Positions 9,398 to 20,041 of a stretch of 64,000 nucleotides of DNA are shown here, piece by piece. The notes below the pieces were generated by a model, which had not been told where the DNA came from, ran no database searches, and saw only the letters and a program-made list of their open reading frames with translations. Source of the DNA: Leptospira biflexa (GTDB lineage Bacteria; Spirochaetota; UBA4802; UB4802); the NCBI GenBank assembly GCA_020721905.1, contig DYLU01000001.1, forward strand, positions 32,439-96,438, in the 5' to 3' direction. How positions within the stretch are numbered: the stretch's first letter is position 1; every line of letters starts with the position of its first letter. Made by a program: the position numbers and the translations under genes.

Positions 9398-10486
9398 CTA
9401 AATTTTTCTTTTAATCTCATCTAAATCTGATTTATTTATCCTGGTAATTTTTAGTATCGTTTTTTCATCAAATCCGCTGCGAAGCATTTTTCGAGCAATA
9501 TTCATTCTTTCTTGTGAAACTCCGAGTGACAGCCCTTCTTTTTTACCTTTAACCATGCCTTGTATCAATCCTTTTTGTAATCCTTTTTGTAATCCTTTTT
9601 GTAATCCTTTTTGCAATCCCTCTTCCAATCCCTTTTGCAACCCAGTTCTTATACCCTTTTGAATACCTTCCTGGATTCCTAATTTCAACCCTTCTTCATA
9701 TCCTTCCTTCCTTAAATCCTTTTTTAACTGCTCCAATGTTTTAGACAGCATAGTATATGTCTCCTTTGGGTGTATTGTTTCCTCAAGAAATGGCTCTACA
9801 TTATCAATAATGCTGTGAGTCTTAAGATATTGTAAAAGCCAGATGAGTAATGTTCTTATGATAGTACTATCCTTATCATAAAACTGCATCAATTTTTGTA
9901 TTCTGTCAACAGTTTTTAAAAATTTTTCTTTATCACTACTTTCAAACAGAAATATAGTTGCTACTATATTCATCATATTTTCCAGATCATATTGTGAAAG
10001 TTCATTTTCTATAATTGGATAATATTGAAACTTTGGTATATATGGATTAATTTGTGATAGCTTATCCGGAATTTCAATCAATTGCTGTAACTCAGTTACT
10101 GCTGTCCACTTATGATCGCCATTATAAATAAGAAGTGGAAATACGACAGGCAATTTCTTTTGTCCGTGTTGATAAATGAGTTCTCGATATAATTCCATAA
10201 TATAATTAAGCATCCTGAAAGCCATGAACTGATCAACCGTTGATTGGAATTCTATTAGAAGATACAAATATATCTCACTATTACTTAATCGAAGTTTGTA
10301 AATGATGTCTGCTTCATATTCTTTGTATTCATCATTTATATAACTCTTATTAATTAACTGGGCAGTTGTAAAATCTATTTCTTTTACCCAATCCATGGAT
10401 ATAAATGACTCTAACAGCTCTTTGACAATTAATGGATTAGAAAACAAGTATTTGTACGCTTTATCATGAATATTATATTTTGGCAT
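9398..10486 (-). CDS. Rpn/YhgA-like PD-(D/E)XK nuclease (Transposase_31 family) with GxxE/K repeats
   Basis: HDKAYKYLFS, ADIIYKL..YLLIEFQS..MAFRMLNY, PLLIYNG; tetrapeptide repeats followed by IARKMLRSG..I.KIT tail. Confidence 0.9.
   Translation of the reverse strand: MPKYNIHDKAYKYLFSNPLIVKELLESFISMDWVKEIDFTTAQLINKSYINDEYKEYEADIIYKLRLSNSEIYLYLLIEFQSTVDQFMAFRMLNYIMELYRELIYQHGQKKLPVVFPLLIYNGDHKWTAVTELQQLIEIPDKLSQINPYIPKFQYYPIIENELSQYDLENMMNIVATIFLFESSDKEKFLKTVDRIQKLMQFYDKDSTIIRTLLIWLLQYLKTHSIIDNVEPFLEETIHPKETYTMLSKTLEQLKKDLRKEGYEEGLKLGIQEGIQKGIRTGLQKGLEEGLQKGLQKGLQKGLQKGLIQGMVKGKKEGLSLGVSQERMNIARKMLRSGFDEKTILKITRINKSDLDEIKRKI
9567..9614. repeat. 12-bp tandem repeat AATCCTTTTTGT x4 (last copy has 1 mismatch), encoding (GLQK)n of the Rpn protein
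   Basis: Read directly from the sequence; degenerate copies extend to about 9707. Confidence 0.92.
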
Positions 10487-10740
10487 TATAATACCTCAAT
10501 AGTGGATTTTTAATAATTAATACGCTTTCTATAGAAAAAATTAACAGATTTAATAAAATTATTTTGTTTTTTTTATGTTTTTTAAAGAAAGTTTGTCATT
10601 TTTATGGGATGCGATAAAAGAAAATAAAAAATTAATTTTTTATTGCATATTATAAACACTACAATACACTATGTACTAATATCCACTTCATAGAAGAGTA
10701 TTGCTAACTCTGAAATAAAAATTTTAAACGAGGTAATGTT

Positions 10741-11742
10741 ATGGCAAAGATGTATTACGATAATGATGCCGATTTATCGGTAGTTTCAGGGAAAACTATT
10801 GCCGTCATAGGATATGGCAGTCAGGGTCACGCACAGGCACAAAATTTGCGTGATAGTGGCTGTAAAGTAATTGTTGCAGAACTTCCTGGCACACCTAATT
10901 ATGATTTAGCTGTTTCACATAATTTTAAACCCGTCAGTGCAAAAGAAGCTGCAGAAAAAGGCGATATCATTCAGATTCTGGCTCAGGACCATGTACAGGC
11001 TAAACTGTATGAAACAGATGTAAAACCTCATCTTAAAAAAGGAAAAACTCTTGTTTTTTCCCATGGTTTCAACATCCATTTTGGGCAGATAGTTCCTCCT
11101 GCAGATGTAGATGTCATCATGGTTGCACCTAAGGGACCGGGCCATTTAGTACGCAGCGAATATGAAAAAGGTGGTGGAGTTCCATGTCTTATTGCTATTC
11201 ATAATGATGCCACTGGTAAAGCAAAAGAAACAGCTCTTGCATACGCAAAAGGTATTGGAGCAACCCGCGCAGGAGTTATTGAAACAACTTTTAAAGAAGA
11301 AACTGAAACTGATCTATTTGGCGAGCAGTGTGTATTGTGTGGAGGTGTGTCTGAACTTGTAAAAGCCGGATTTGATACTCTGGTTGAAGCCGGATATCAG
11401 CCAGAGATTGCCTATTTTGAATGTATGCATGAACTTAAGCTTATTGTTGACCTCTTCTATCAGGGCGGTATTAATTACATGCGCTATTCGGTTTCTGATA
11501 CTGCAGAATACGGCGATTACATGGTTGGGAAACGTATCGTGACATCTGAAACCCGTAAAGAAATGAAAAAGGTTCTGGAAGAAATACAATCAGGCCAGTT
11601 TGCCCGCCAGTGGATACTTGAAAATTTAGCTGGTCGACCGCAATTCAATGCAATTAAAAAACGTGAACGCGATCACCTTATCGAGCGGGTTGGTCGTGAA
11701 TTACGAAAAATGATGAAATGGATTGATAGTAAAGAAGCTTAA
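10741..11742 (+). CDS. ilvC: Ketol-acid reductoisomerase
   Basis: [47 protein letters not shown]. Confidence 0.98.
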   Translation: MAKMYYDNDADLSVVSGKTIAVIGYGSQGHAQAQNLRDSGCKVIVAELPGTPNYDLAVSHNFKPVSAKEAAEKGDIIQILAQDHVQAKLYETDVKPHLKKGKTLVFSHGFNIHFGQIVPPADVDVIMVAPKGPGHLVRSEYEKGGGVPCLIAIHNDATGKAKETALAYAKGIGATRAGVIETTFKEETETDLFGEQCVLCGGVSELVKAGFDTLVEAGYQPEIAYFECMHELKLIVDLFYQGGINYMRYSVSDTAEYGDYMVGKRIVTSETRKEMKKVLEEIQSGQFARQWILENLAGRPQFNAIKKRERDHLIERVGRELRKMMKWIDSKEA

Positions 11743-11748
11743 TTCCTT

Positions 11749-11793
11749 CAGGGTGCAATTATTTTGCAATTGCACCCTGGTATTTATTTTTTT
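11749..11793 (+). terminator. Intrinsic terminator after ilvC
   Basis: CAGGGTGCAATT-7 nt loop-AATTGCACCCTG followed by a T-rich tract. Confidence 0.8.
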
Positions 11794-11909
11794 GCAACCT
11801 CTCTCCTATTACTCCTGTCTATAATAATAACCATACAATATCACATACTGTTCTCTATATAGAAACAATACATAAATTCTTAATTTACATAAAATACCAG
11901 GAGTTTATT

Positions 11910-13520
11910 ATGAATAAAAAAGTTAAAAAAGTATTATTGGTATATCCGGAAATTCCCCTGACATATTGGAGCTTTAAATATTCACTGGAATTTATAGGCA
12001 AAAAATCCGTATTCCCGCCATTAGGACTTCTTACTGTTGCTGCCATATTACCACGGGAATGGGAAATTGAACTTATTGACTTAAATACTACAACTCTTGA
12101 TCCAGAAATTTTGCCGCAATATGATATGGTTTTCCTGTCAGCAATGCTTGTTCAGCAAGAATCTTTTGCTACAGTAGCCAGTTTATGTAAACATTACAAT
12201 GTACCTGTGGTTGCGGGAGGACCGTATCCAACATCTTTATGGCAAACTATCCCGGATGTAAGTTATTTTGTGCTTAACGAAGCTGAAGTTACATTACCAC
12301 TATTTTTACATGATTTGCAGTATGGGAACCCCAACCACGTATACAGCTCTGATGAAAAACCGGCTCTTGATAAAACACCTGTACCTCGCTTTGATATTAT
12401 TGATTTAACACCCTATGCCAGTGTACCATTACAATTTTCACGAGGATGCCCCTTTAACTGTGAATTTTGCGATATTATCTCACTTTTTGGCCGTATACCA
12501 CGCACAAAATCACCAGAACAATTCCTTGCAGAACTTGATGCTGTATATGCAACTGGATTCAGGGAATCAATCTTTATTGTAGATGATAATTTTATTGGAA
12601 ACAAAATAAAAGCAAAGGAACTACTTAAAGAAATAATTCAATGGCAAAAAGAACATTCCTATCCTTTTTCATTTCAAACTGAGGCAAGTGTTAACTTAGC
12701 ACACGATAAAGAACTTATGGAACTGATGTATAAAGCTGGTTTTGATATGGTATTTTTGGGAATTGAAACGCCGGTAATTTCTTCTCTGGAAGGCGCCGGG
12801 AAAACACAAAATACCAAAGAAGATTTGCTTTCAAATGTTGCAACCATTCAACAGCATGGAATGGAAGTCAGTGGAGGATTTATTGTAGGATTTGATGATG
12901 ATCCCGAAGATGTGTTTGAATTACAAAAGAATTTTATTCAAGCCTCAGGTATACCAATGGCAATGGTTGGTATATTAGATGCTCTTCCTCATACACGCTT
13001 ATATAATCGCTTGCAACAGGAAGAAAGATTGTTATGCGAGTCAAATGGCAATAACACACATAAATTAGCACCAAATTTCATACCAAAAATGCCAGTAAAA
13101 ACACTCATCGATGGCTATATTAATCTATTAAAAACAATTTACCAACCAAAAAACTATTTTTCACGCTGTATTACATTACTGCAAAGAATTCCTGATAAGC
13201 GAATGGTATACCGACAATTTACTTTCAAAGAATTTAAAGCGCTTATACTATCGCTTATAAAACAGGGCTTTTCAAGTTATAATATACATTACTTTAAATT
13301 TTTACTGACTACATTACGCATACGTCCAAAGCTTTTTTCCGAAGCTATTGCATTTGCAATCAAAGGATACCATCTTTTTAAAATTACTGAAATATTGCTG
13401 GATGAATATAATAAATCCTTGAAAGAAGAAGAACATACTGATACATTGGCACCATCATTTGCTGACACATTTACATCCAGTACTGACAGCACTGGATTAG
13501 CACATACTGATAATCCATAG
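11910..13520 (+). CDS. B12-binding radical SAM protein (HpnP/BchE-like, DUF4070-type C-terminus)
   Basis: PPLGLLTVAA and GGPYPT B12 domain; SRGCPFNCEFC; DDNFIG. Confidence 0.9.
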   Translation: MNKKVKKVLLVYPEIPLTYWSFKYSLEFIGKKSVFPPLGLLTVAAILPREWEIELIDLNTTTLDPEILPQYDMVFLSAMLVQQESFATVASLCKHYNVPVVAGGPYPTSLWQTIPDVSYFVLNEAEVTLPLFLHDLQYGNPNHVYSSDEKPALDKTPVPRFDIIDLTPYASVPLQFSRGCPFNCEFCDIISLFGRIPRTKSPEQFLAELDAVYATGFRESIFIVDDNFIGNKIKAKELLKEIIQWQKEHSYPFSFQTEASVNLAHDKELMELMYKAGFDMVFLGIETPVISSLEGAGKTQNTKEDLLSNVATIQQHGMEVSGGFIVGFDDDPEDVFELQKNFIQASGIPMAMVGILDALPHTRLYNRLQQEERLLCESNGNNTHKLAPNFIPKMPVKTLIDGYINLLKTIYQPKNYFSRCITLLQRIPDKRMVYRQFTFKEFKALILSLIKQGFSSYNIHYFKFLLTTLRIRPKLFSEAIAFAIKGYHLFKITEILLDEYNKSLKEEEHTDTLAPSFADTFTSSTDSTGLAHTDNP

Positions 13521-13534
13521 GAGGCATTTGAACC

Positions 13535-13873
13535 ATGTCAACACCTTCAGAAGCTGTTCAGATATTAGTGACCGTTATTCCCATAGTTGGTATTATAGCA
13601 GGAGCTGTTGTCATCTTCTTCTTCCTGTATTTCAATTATAAACAGAAGATGCTCCTTATTGAAAAAGGATTGTATCAAAAAATATCATTTGATTTTGATG
13701 CATTTAGCCTTTTCAGCGGATTTCTGCTAACCGGTGCCGGAGCTGCACTAACTATTTTCTTTGTTCTTAAAGATGGCATATCGTATGCCCTTATAGGGGG
13801 GCTGGTCCCATTGGGATTGGGCATCAGTTTCATTATGTATTACTTTACCAAAATGAAAACAATTACAAAATGA
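13535..13873 (+). CDS. Small membrane protein (3 TM) upstream of ECF sigma factor
   Basis: Hydrophobic helices, LLIEKG motif, GGAGG RBS. Confidence 0.75.
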   Translation: MSTPSEAVQILVTVIPIVGIIAGAVVIFFFLYFNYKQKMLLIEKGLYQKISFDFDAFSLFSGFLLTGAGAALTIFFVLKDGISYALIGGLVPLGLGISFIMYYFTKMKTITK

Positions 13874-14427
13874 CAGCACAACATGATGAGTACATTGTAC
13901 AACAGATTCTTAAAGGCAAGCAGGAGTTATTTAGAATTATTGTTGAGCGTTACCAGAACCATATATTTACACTGGGAATGCGGTTTTTTAAAAATTATGA
14001 TGATGCAGCAGATTTCACCCAGGAGGTTTTTGTAAAAGTGTACAACAATTTAGCTTCATTCAAAGGGCTTGCATCATTTAAAAGCTGGCTTATGAAAGTT
14101 GGGTACAACCATGCTGTTAACAAGCTTAACAGTTCAAAAAACAATAATTCTGACGAATATAATGACAGTATTGATAATTGCCCCAACCCGGAAATGCAGA
14201 CGATGCAGAATGAACTACAAGCAATTCTTGAAAAAGCTATTAACACTCTACCCCAAGAATACAGGATATGCATTGACCTTTATTTTTATGTAGGATTGCC
14301 ATTTAAAGAAATTTCCAATATAACAGGTTATCCTGTTAATACCATCAAGTCATATGTCTTCAGAGCAAAGCAGCAACTACGACATGCATTAAAAGGCACC
14401 ATAGCGGAGGAATACCATGAGATGTGA
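13870..14427 (+). CDS. ECF RNA polymerase sigma factor
   Basis: Region 2 DAADFTQEVFVKVY..FKSWL; region 4 LPFKEISNITGYPVNTIKSYVFRAK. Confidence 0.93.
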   Translation: MTAQHDEYIVQQILKGKQELFRIIVERYQNHIFTLGMRFFKNYDDAADFTQEVFVKVYNNLASFKGLASFKSWLMKVGYNHAVNKLNSSKNNNSDEYNDSIDNCPNPEMQTMQNELQAILEKAINTLPQEYRICIDLYFYVGLPFKEISNITGYPVNTIKSYVFRAKQQLRHALKGTIAEEYHEM

Positions 14428-14866
14428 AAAAGCCATTGAAAAGTACTTAAGCCTTGATAACAATCAATCCATGCCATTGTCACTAATGTTCCATCTTTTT
14501 ACATGTAAACAATGCAAGAAAGAAATTGAAGATCTGCGCACTACATTTACAGCCTTACGCAATCCACCTTATACCATATTGCTGGGAAATGAAATCATGC
14601 AGCAGATAATGTTACACAAAGCATACTATCAAACGGTATCCAATTTTAACTGGATTGCTGCCGGCCTTATTATTATATTGAGTATTGGGAGTATATCATA
14701 CAGTGATACACTGCAATGGTTAAGCCAGTACTTTGGCAATAAAATCCTGGTACCGCTGTATCTTGTGATGGGATGTATAATATCAGGCTTTATTGGCAGT
14801 TACGTTGCAACACATCTAAAAAAATTAGAGGCAATAGCTCATAGCATTATGTCATTACTTCGATGA
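14417..14866 (+). CDS. Putative zinc-binding (ZAS-type) membrane anti-sigma factor
   Basis: HxxxCxxC (HLFTCKQC), two TM helices, overlaps the ECF gene. Confidence 0.8.
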   Translation: MRCEKAIEKYLSLDNNQSMPLSLMFHLFTCKQCKKEIEDLRTTFTALRNPPYTILLGNEIMQQIMLHKAYYQTVSNFNWIAAGLIIILSIGSISYSDTLQWLSQYFGNKILVPLYLVMGCIISGFIGSYVATHLKKLEAIAHSIMSLLR

Positions 14867-14928
14867 GCGTGAATTCATTTTTTCTGGTAAATATTGCACA
14901 CACATAAATGTGTACAGTAATTCCTTTA

Positions 14929-17625
14929 TCAATAAGCCTCAGCCCAGTTTTTGGCCCAACCCACATCTACAACAACCGGTACGTCAAGTGTGATTGCACT
15001 TTTCATTTCACTTACCACAATGCCTTCAACAATATCCTTTTCATCTTCAGGAACTTCAAACACCAGTTCATCATGTACCTGAAGAATCATCCTGCTTTTC
15101 AATTTTTTATCAACAAATGTCTTGTGAATGGCAATCATTGCCACCTTGATCATATCAGCCGATGTTCCCTGAATGGGTGTATTGATTGCAATTCGTTCTG
15201 CACCTTCGCGCCTGAACTGATTGCTTGATGTAATTTCGGGGATATAGCGCTTTCGCCCCAATAATGTTTGCACATACCCATATTTTCGGGCAAAAGCAAT
15301 GGTACTTTCAATGTACTCTTTTATCTTTGGATATGCACTGAAATATTTTTCAATAAATCGTGTTGCATCTTCAAATGAAATATCAGCCTGCTGTGAAAGC
15401 CCATACGGCGATACACCATAAATAGTAGCAAAGTTTATAATCTTTGCCTGTCTCCGCATTGCATCCGTAACCCTTTCCAGTGGTACATTGAACACTGCTG
15501 AGGCTGTTTGAGCATGAATATCTATACCTTTATGAAACGCTTCAATCATGGTGGTATCCCCTGACAGATGTGCAGCTAAACGCAACTCAATCTGTGAATA
15601 ATCAGCTGATAACATAAGGTAATCTTTTTCCACTACAAAGCCTGCCCGTATATTTTTGCCAAATTCATCACGCACCGGAATATTTTGCAAATTGGGATCG
15701 GATGATGAAAGCCTGCCTGTTGCAGTCACTGTCTGATTAAAGGATGTGTGAATTCTACCGGTTTTTGGATTAACCAGTGCAGGCAGTGTATCAACATATG
15801 TTGTCTGTAATTTGCTAAGTGTTCGGTACTCAATCAAATAATCAATAATCTCGTGCTGTCCCTTCAAAGCTTCCAGCACCTGAATATCAGTGGAAAATCC
15901 AGTTTTTGTTTTCTTCACGGGTTTAAGCCCAATCTTTTCAAATAATATGTGCGATAGTTCCCGCGTTGAGTTGATATTAAAAGAAAGCCCTGCCAGTGAG
16001 TAAATTCTTTCTTCTGTTTGTTTAATTTTATGCGATAGTTCCTTAGATAGAGTTTCAAAATGTTCAAGGTCAATCTTTACCCCGTAATATTCCACGTACG
16101 CAAGCACGGTAACAAGCGGCATTTCAACATTGAAAAACAATTCAAGCAGGTTTTCCTTTTCTAACTTTTTATTCAGTATATGGTATAAACGCAACGCAAT
16201 ATCAGCATCTTCAATAGCGTAGCGCGATAGCTTCTGCATTGGAACCTGCGTGATATGCTGTACCTTTTTACCCTCTTTTACCAGTTCATCATATGTTATC
16301 TTTGTATAATTGAGATATTCTGATGCCAAATCATCTAAATTATGCCGCCGTAATCCGGGATTGAGTAAATATGAGGCAACCATGGTATCAAAATAAATGC
16401 CTGTAAGCGTAATACCACAGTTGAGCATAATCAGCATGTCATACTTTATATTCTGACCAATTTTCTTTATTGTTTCATCTTCAAGGATAGTTTTAATTTT
16501 TAGAAGCATTTGATCTTTGGGTACTGCATTATAGCTCCAGAGGGAACTATCGCCCACTGGAATAAACCATCCTGACTCAGGTGCAACAGAAAACGATACG
16601 CCCACAAGCTCTGCTTCCATTGGTTTTGATGATGTAGTTTCGGTATCAAATGACACAAGTCCTGCTTTTTTTATTGCTTCAATAACATTGTTCAGCGAAT
16701 CAATATCAGTTACTGTGGAATATCCTGCTATTTCCTTAACTGAAATTGATTTTTCTGTAACGCCCAATTCTCGGGCAATTGAATCCATTTCTAAAATTTT
16801 AAAAATCTGCCTTACCTTTTCATTGTGCAGGTCAGGGGTCAGAGCCTTTTCAATGGAAAGTGGCAATGGTATATCAGTCTTTATGGTCACAAGCTGGCGA
16901 GAAAGATATGCTGAGTCTTTCTGTGATTCAATCTGTTCCTTGATTTTCCCGGTAAGCTCATGCAAATGCATATAAATATTATCTAACGTTCCATACTGCT
17001 GCAAAAGTTTTGATGCAGTTTTTTCGCCAATACCTTTTACACCCGGGATATTATCAACAGCATCACCGGTGAGTGCCATATAGTCAATGATTTGCTCAGG
17101 TTTCACGCCTATTTTTTCAATAACAGTATCAGCATCAATGCTTTCAAATTCAGTGATGCCTTTTTTCCCGGCATAAATTGAGACATTCCTATCGCTCAAA
17201 AGCTGGTAAGCGTCCTTATCACCGGTAACAAGTACCACTCTGTATCTATCCGAATACTGACTAGCAATAGAACCAAGCACGTCATCAGCTTCATAATCAT
17301 CCATAATGACAACGGTAAATCCCATATCCCGCAATATTACTTTGATTTCTTCAATCTGGCTGCGCAAGTCATCTGGCATTTTTGCTCGCTGCGCTTTATA
17401 CTCAGGATAAATAGAAAATCGAAAAGATTTTTTTGGCGGGTCAAACGCTATTATTGTGTAATCAGGCTGCTGCGTTTGCAATAAACGAAGTAGCATCCTG
17501 AAAAAACCATAGATTGCTGATACATTTTGCCCTTTGCTATTAATTAAAGGATTCCGTTGAAATGCAAAATATGCCCTATAGCATAATGCATGACCATCAA
17601 CTACGTATAGTGTTTTTCCCTGCAT
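14929..17625 (-). CDS. polA: DNA polymerase I
   Basis: 5'-3' exo (YEADDV, TGDKD), 3'-5' exo (FDTET), polymerase motifs TGRLSSSDPNLQNIP, ADYSQIELR, QVHDEL. Confidence 0.98.
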   Translation of the reverse strand: MQGKTLYVVDGHALCYRAYFAFQRNPLINSKGQNVSAIYGFFRMLLRLLQTQQPDYTIIAFDPPKKSFRFSIYPEYKAQRAKMPDDLRSQIEEIKVILRDMGFTVVIMDDYEADDVLGSIASQYSDRYRVVLVTGDKDAYQLLSDRNVSIYAGKKGITEFESIDADTVIEKIGVKPEQIIDYMALTGDAVDNIPGVKGIGEKTASKLLQQYGTLDNIYMHLHELTGKIKEQIESQKDSAYLSRQLVTIKTDIPLPLSIEKALTPDLHNEKVRQIFKILEMDSIARELGVTEKSISVKEIAGYSTVTDIDSLNNVIEAIKKAGLVSFDTETTSSKPMEAELVGVSFSVAPESGWFIPVGDSSLWSYNAVPKDQMLLKIKTILEDETIKKIGQNIKYDMLIMLNCGITLTGIYFDTMVASYLLNPGLRRHNLDDLASEYLNYTKITYDELVKEGKKVQHITQVPMQKLSRYAIEDADIALRLYHILNKKLEKENLLELFFNVEMPLVTVLAYVEYYGVKIDLEHFETLSKELSHKIKQTEERIYSLAGLSFNINSTRELSHILFEKIGLKPVKKTKTGFSTDIQVLEALKGQHEIIDYLIEYRTLSKLQTTYVDTLPALVNPKTGRIHTSFNQTVTATGRLSSSDPNLQNIPVRDEFGKNIRAGFVVEKDYLMLSADYSQIELRLAAHLSGDTTMIEAFHKGIDIHAQTASAVFNVPLERVTDAMRRQAKIINFATIYGVSPYGLSQQADISFEDATRFIEKYFSAYPKIKEYIESTIAFARKYGYVQTLLGRKRYIPEITSSNQFRREGAERIAINTPIQGTSADMIKVAMIAIHKTFVDKKLKSRMILQVHDELVFEVPEDEKDIVEGIVVSEMKSAITLDVPVVVDVGWAKNWAEAY

Positions 17626-20041
17626 AATTATTTAACACACCTTTTGTTTTATGGACTATTTCATGAACATCATACATCTTTTGCCAAACCTCGCAGGCTC
17701 CCATACGCATTAATTGCTCTTTCATTGTATCATCATAATAGCCGCTCATCATTACAACTGGTATATCAGGATGATTATTTTTCATGTAATTCAGGACATC
17801 TTCACCGGTAACTACCGGCATTCGCACATCGCTTATAACCAGTTTTACAGTATCAGTATGGGAATCAATATATGCAAATGCTTCGTTGGGATTGGTAAAT
17901 GTCATTGCTTGCAAGTCACCTAATTTCAAGGATTCCTGATATAATGAGCAAATATTATCATCATCGTCAATAATAATTATAGTGCCACTGGTTGCCTGCA
18001 GTGCCTGGTTGTTTTTTTCTTCAGTTAGTTTTTGCAAAGACTTTACAGGCAAATAAATATAAAAGCTTGTACCAGAACCCGGTGTTGAAATGACATCAAT
18101 AAAACCTTTATGCCGCTTAACAATAGCATACACTATAGCCAATCCCAACCCGCTTCCCTTTTCTTTTGTAGTATATAGAGGCTCAAAAATATGTTCAAGG
18201 TGTTCAGGGGCAATTCCTGTTCCTGTATCGCTTATCTTCAGGAATATATAATCACCAGCAGGTATAGTTTCTACTAAACCCGCTTTTTCATGTGCCACTG
18301 TGGTATTTTCAGTCTGTATGGTAATGGTGCCACCTTGAGGCATGGCTTCAGCAGCATTAATCATAAGATTCATGATTACCTGCTGCATTTCAGTGGCATC
18401 ACCGGATATAATATCATTAAACGCATGTAATAACTGGACAACCTCACAATTTTTTGATAAAGCAGTATGCAGTAACGAAACAGTATTGGGGATCATAATA
18501 TGCAGATGTATATCACTGGCATGGAATGCCTTTTTATGTGAAAACGTCAGAAGTTTTGCCACAAGATCTTTGGCATGATTGCCAGCCTGGATAATTTTCT
18601 CAATGGCAGGTTTTTTCTTATCTTCAATGGATGTTTCGACAAGATGGGCATACCCTAATATCACGGTAAGGATATTATTGAAATCATGCGCTATGCCTCC
18701 TGCTATCTTTCCAATAATTTCTAATTTTTGTGATTGTAACAACTCCCCTTTTAACTGTTCCTGTTTTACAAGCAAATGAGTAAGCTCCGTGGTATCGCTC
18801 ACCACACACTCAAATGCCTCCTGTCCCATCCATATTGCAGGCCGTATCCTGAACAACAAAGTCAGATTAACACCATCCTTTCTTTTCCACACTGCTTTGT
18901 GAATATGCTGGCCGTATAACAATTCCTTCATTGTATCAAACGATGAATACTGTGCTTTTGATTCCCCTTCAACAGAATAGTCATCAAAATAATCATCCAA
19001 TGTTTTTCCCATTATAGATTCTACCGAGGTGCCAGCAATGCGTGCGCCTTCATAATTTGTAAGGACAATTGCGTTTTTTTGCAGTATATATACTCCAACA
19101 TTCAAATCATTAATCAGATTTCTGAAATATGTTTCAAGTAATTGAAGTTTGTGTATTTTTTTTCTTCGCTCATATAGTTGAAATACAAGAAATGAAAAAA
19201 GTACTGTAATAACAACTGTTCCAATATACATTATCACACGTTTAGAAACATCAGGCGGGGGCATAACGGCAAACCATTTCCAGTACAGCATATCAATAAA
19301 ATTCTGAGATTTTAATTCATGGATACTATCACTTATAATTGTTACTAATTCTTTATTGTGAAATGAAACAGGAAATGCAATTTTTTTACGGTCATATACT
19401 ATATCACCCCATTTACCTTTTGCAATTTTAATACTGCCCAAAAAAAATTTATTAAGTAAATACACTGAATTGAGATAATCATTTAAAACAGCATCCAGCC
19501 TGCCATTCACAAGCGCATTAAATGATTCAACGGTATCCTGAAAGCGGACTATGGTAATATCATAATCCTTCGCCATCAGCCTGGCAGCATATTTATCACC
19601 GGAAGCATCTTTTTTAACACCTACGGTCATATTTGCAAGATCATAAATTGTGCGGACACTGCTTCCTGCAGGAAGCACCAGCACCAGGCCACCTTCCAGA
19701 TAGTTATCGGAAAAATTAAACCAGTGTTCCCGTTCCTCAGTAACATAGATACAGCCAATAGCCATATCAGCTTTCCCTTCCCTAACCTGTTGAAGCATAT
19801 CCTGGAATGAAGTTATGGTTATCGTGTAACTAATATTATTGAGTTTGCATATTTCGTTAAGAAGGTCAATATCAAAGCCGGTAAGTTTTCCATCCTTGTA
19901 CATTATAAAGGGCTCATAAATAGCAGTAACAACATGAATATGTTTTTGACGTTTGTTTTGGTGGGTATCAGCAAATAATGCACTACATACAACAAGTGCG
20001 ATAGTTACTGATAAAAAAATTTTTGCCATGAATTTACTCAT
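17597..20041 (-). CDS. Hybrid sensor histidine kinase (periplasmic amino-acid-binding PBPb domain, PAS-like, HisKA, HATPase, receiver)
   Basis: GFDIDLLNEI PBPb; AGGIAHDFNNIL H-box; NLMINAAEAM, DTGTGI, GSGLGL; receiver IIDDD..VISDVRMP; 3' end overlaps the polA start. Confidence 0.92.
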   Translation of the reverse strand: MSKFMAKIFLSVTIALVVCSALFADTHQNKRQKHIHVVTAIYEPFIMYKDGKLTGFDIDLLNEICKLNNISYTITITSFQDMLQQVREGKADMAIGCIYVTEEREHWFNFSDNYLEGGLVLVLPAGSSVRTIYDLANMTVGVKKDASGDKYAARLMAKDYDITIVRFQDTVESFNALVNGRLDAVLNDYLNSVYLLNKFFLGSIKIAKGKWGDIVYDRKKIAFPVSFHNKELVTIISDSIHELKSQNFIDMLYWKWFAVMPPPDVSKRVIMYIGTVVITVLFSFLVFQLYERRKKIHKLQLLETYFRNLINDLNVGVYILQKNAIVLTNYEGARIAGTSVESIMGKTLDDYFDDYSVEGESKAQYSSFDTMKELLYGQHIHKAVWKRKDGVNLTLLFRIRPAIWMGQEAFECVVSDTTELTHLLVKQEQLKGELLQSQKLEIIGKIAGGIAHDFNNILTVILGYAHLVETSIEDKKKPAIEKIIQAGNHAKDLVAKLLTFSHKKAFHASDIHLHIMIPNTVSLLHTALSKNCEVVQLLHAFNDIISGDATEMQQVIMNLMINAAEAMPQGGTITIQTENTTVAHEKAGLVETIPAGDYIFLKISDTGTGIAPEHLEHIFEPLYTTKEKGSGLGLAIVYAIVKRHKGFIDVISTPGSGTSFYIYLPVKSLQKLTEEKNNQALQATSGTIIIIDDDDNICSLYQESLKLGDLQAMTFTNPNEAFAYIDSHTDTVKLVISDVRMPVVTGEDVLNYMKNNHPDIPVVMMSGYYDDTMKEQLMRMGACEVWQKMYDVHEIVHKTKGVLNNYAGKNTIRS

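Noticed and set aside
9567..9707. 12-bp tandem repeats as a possible CRISPR array
   Set aside because: There are no spacers, and the repeats are in-frame coding repeats (GLQK) typical of Rpn C-termini.
9398..10486. Calling the Rpn gene an IS transposase
   Set aside because: There are no terminal repeats or target duplication, and the family is a PD-(D/E)XK nuclease not shown to transpose.
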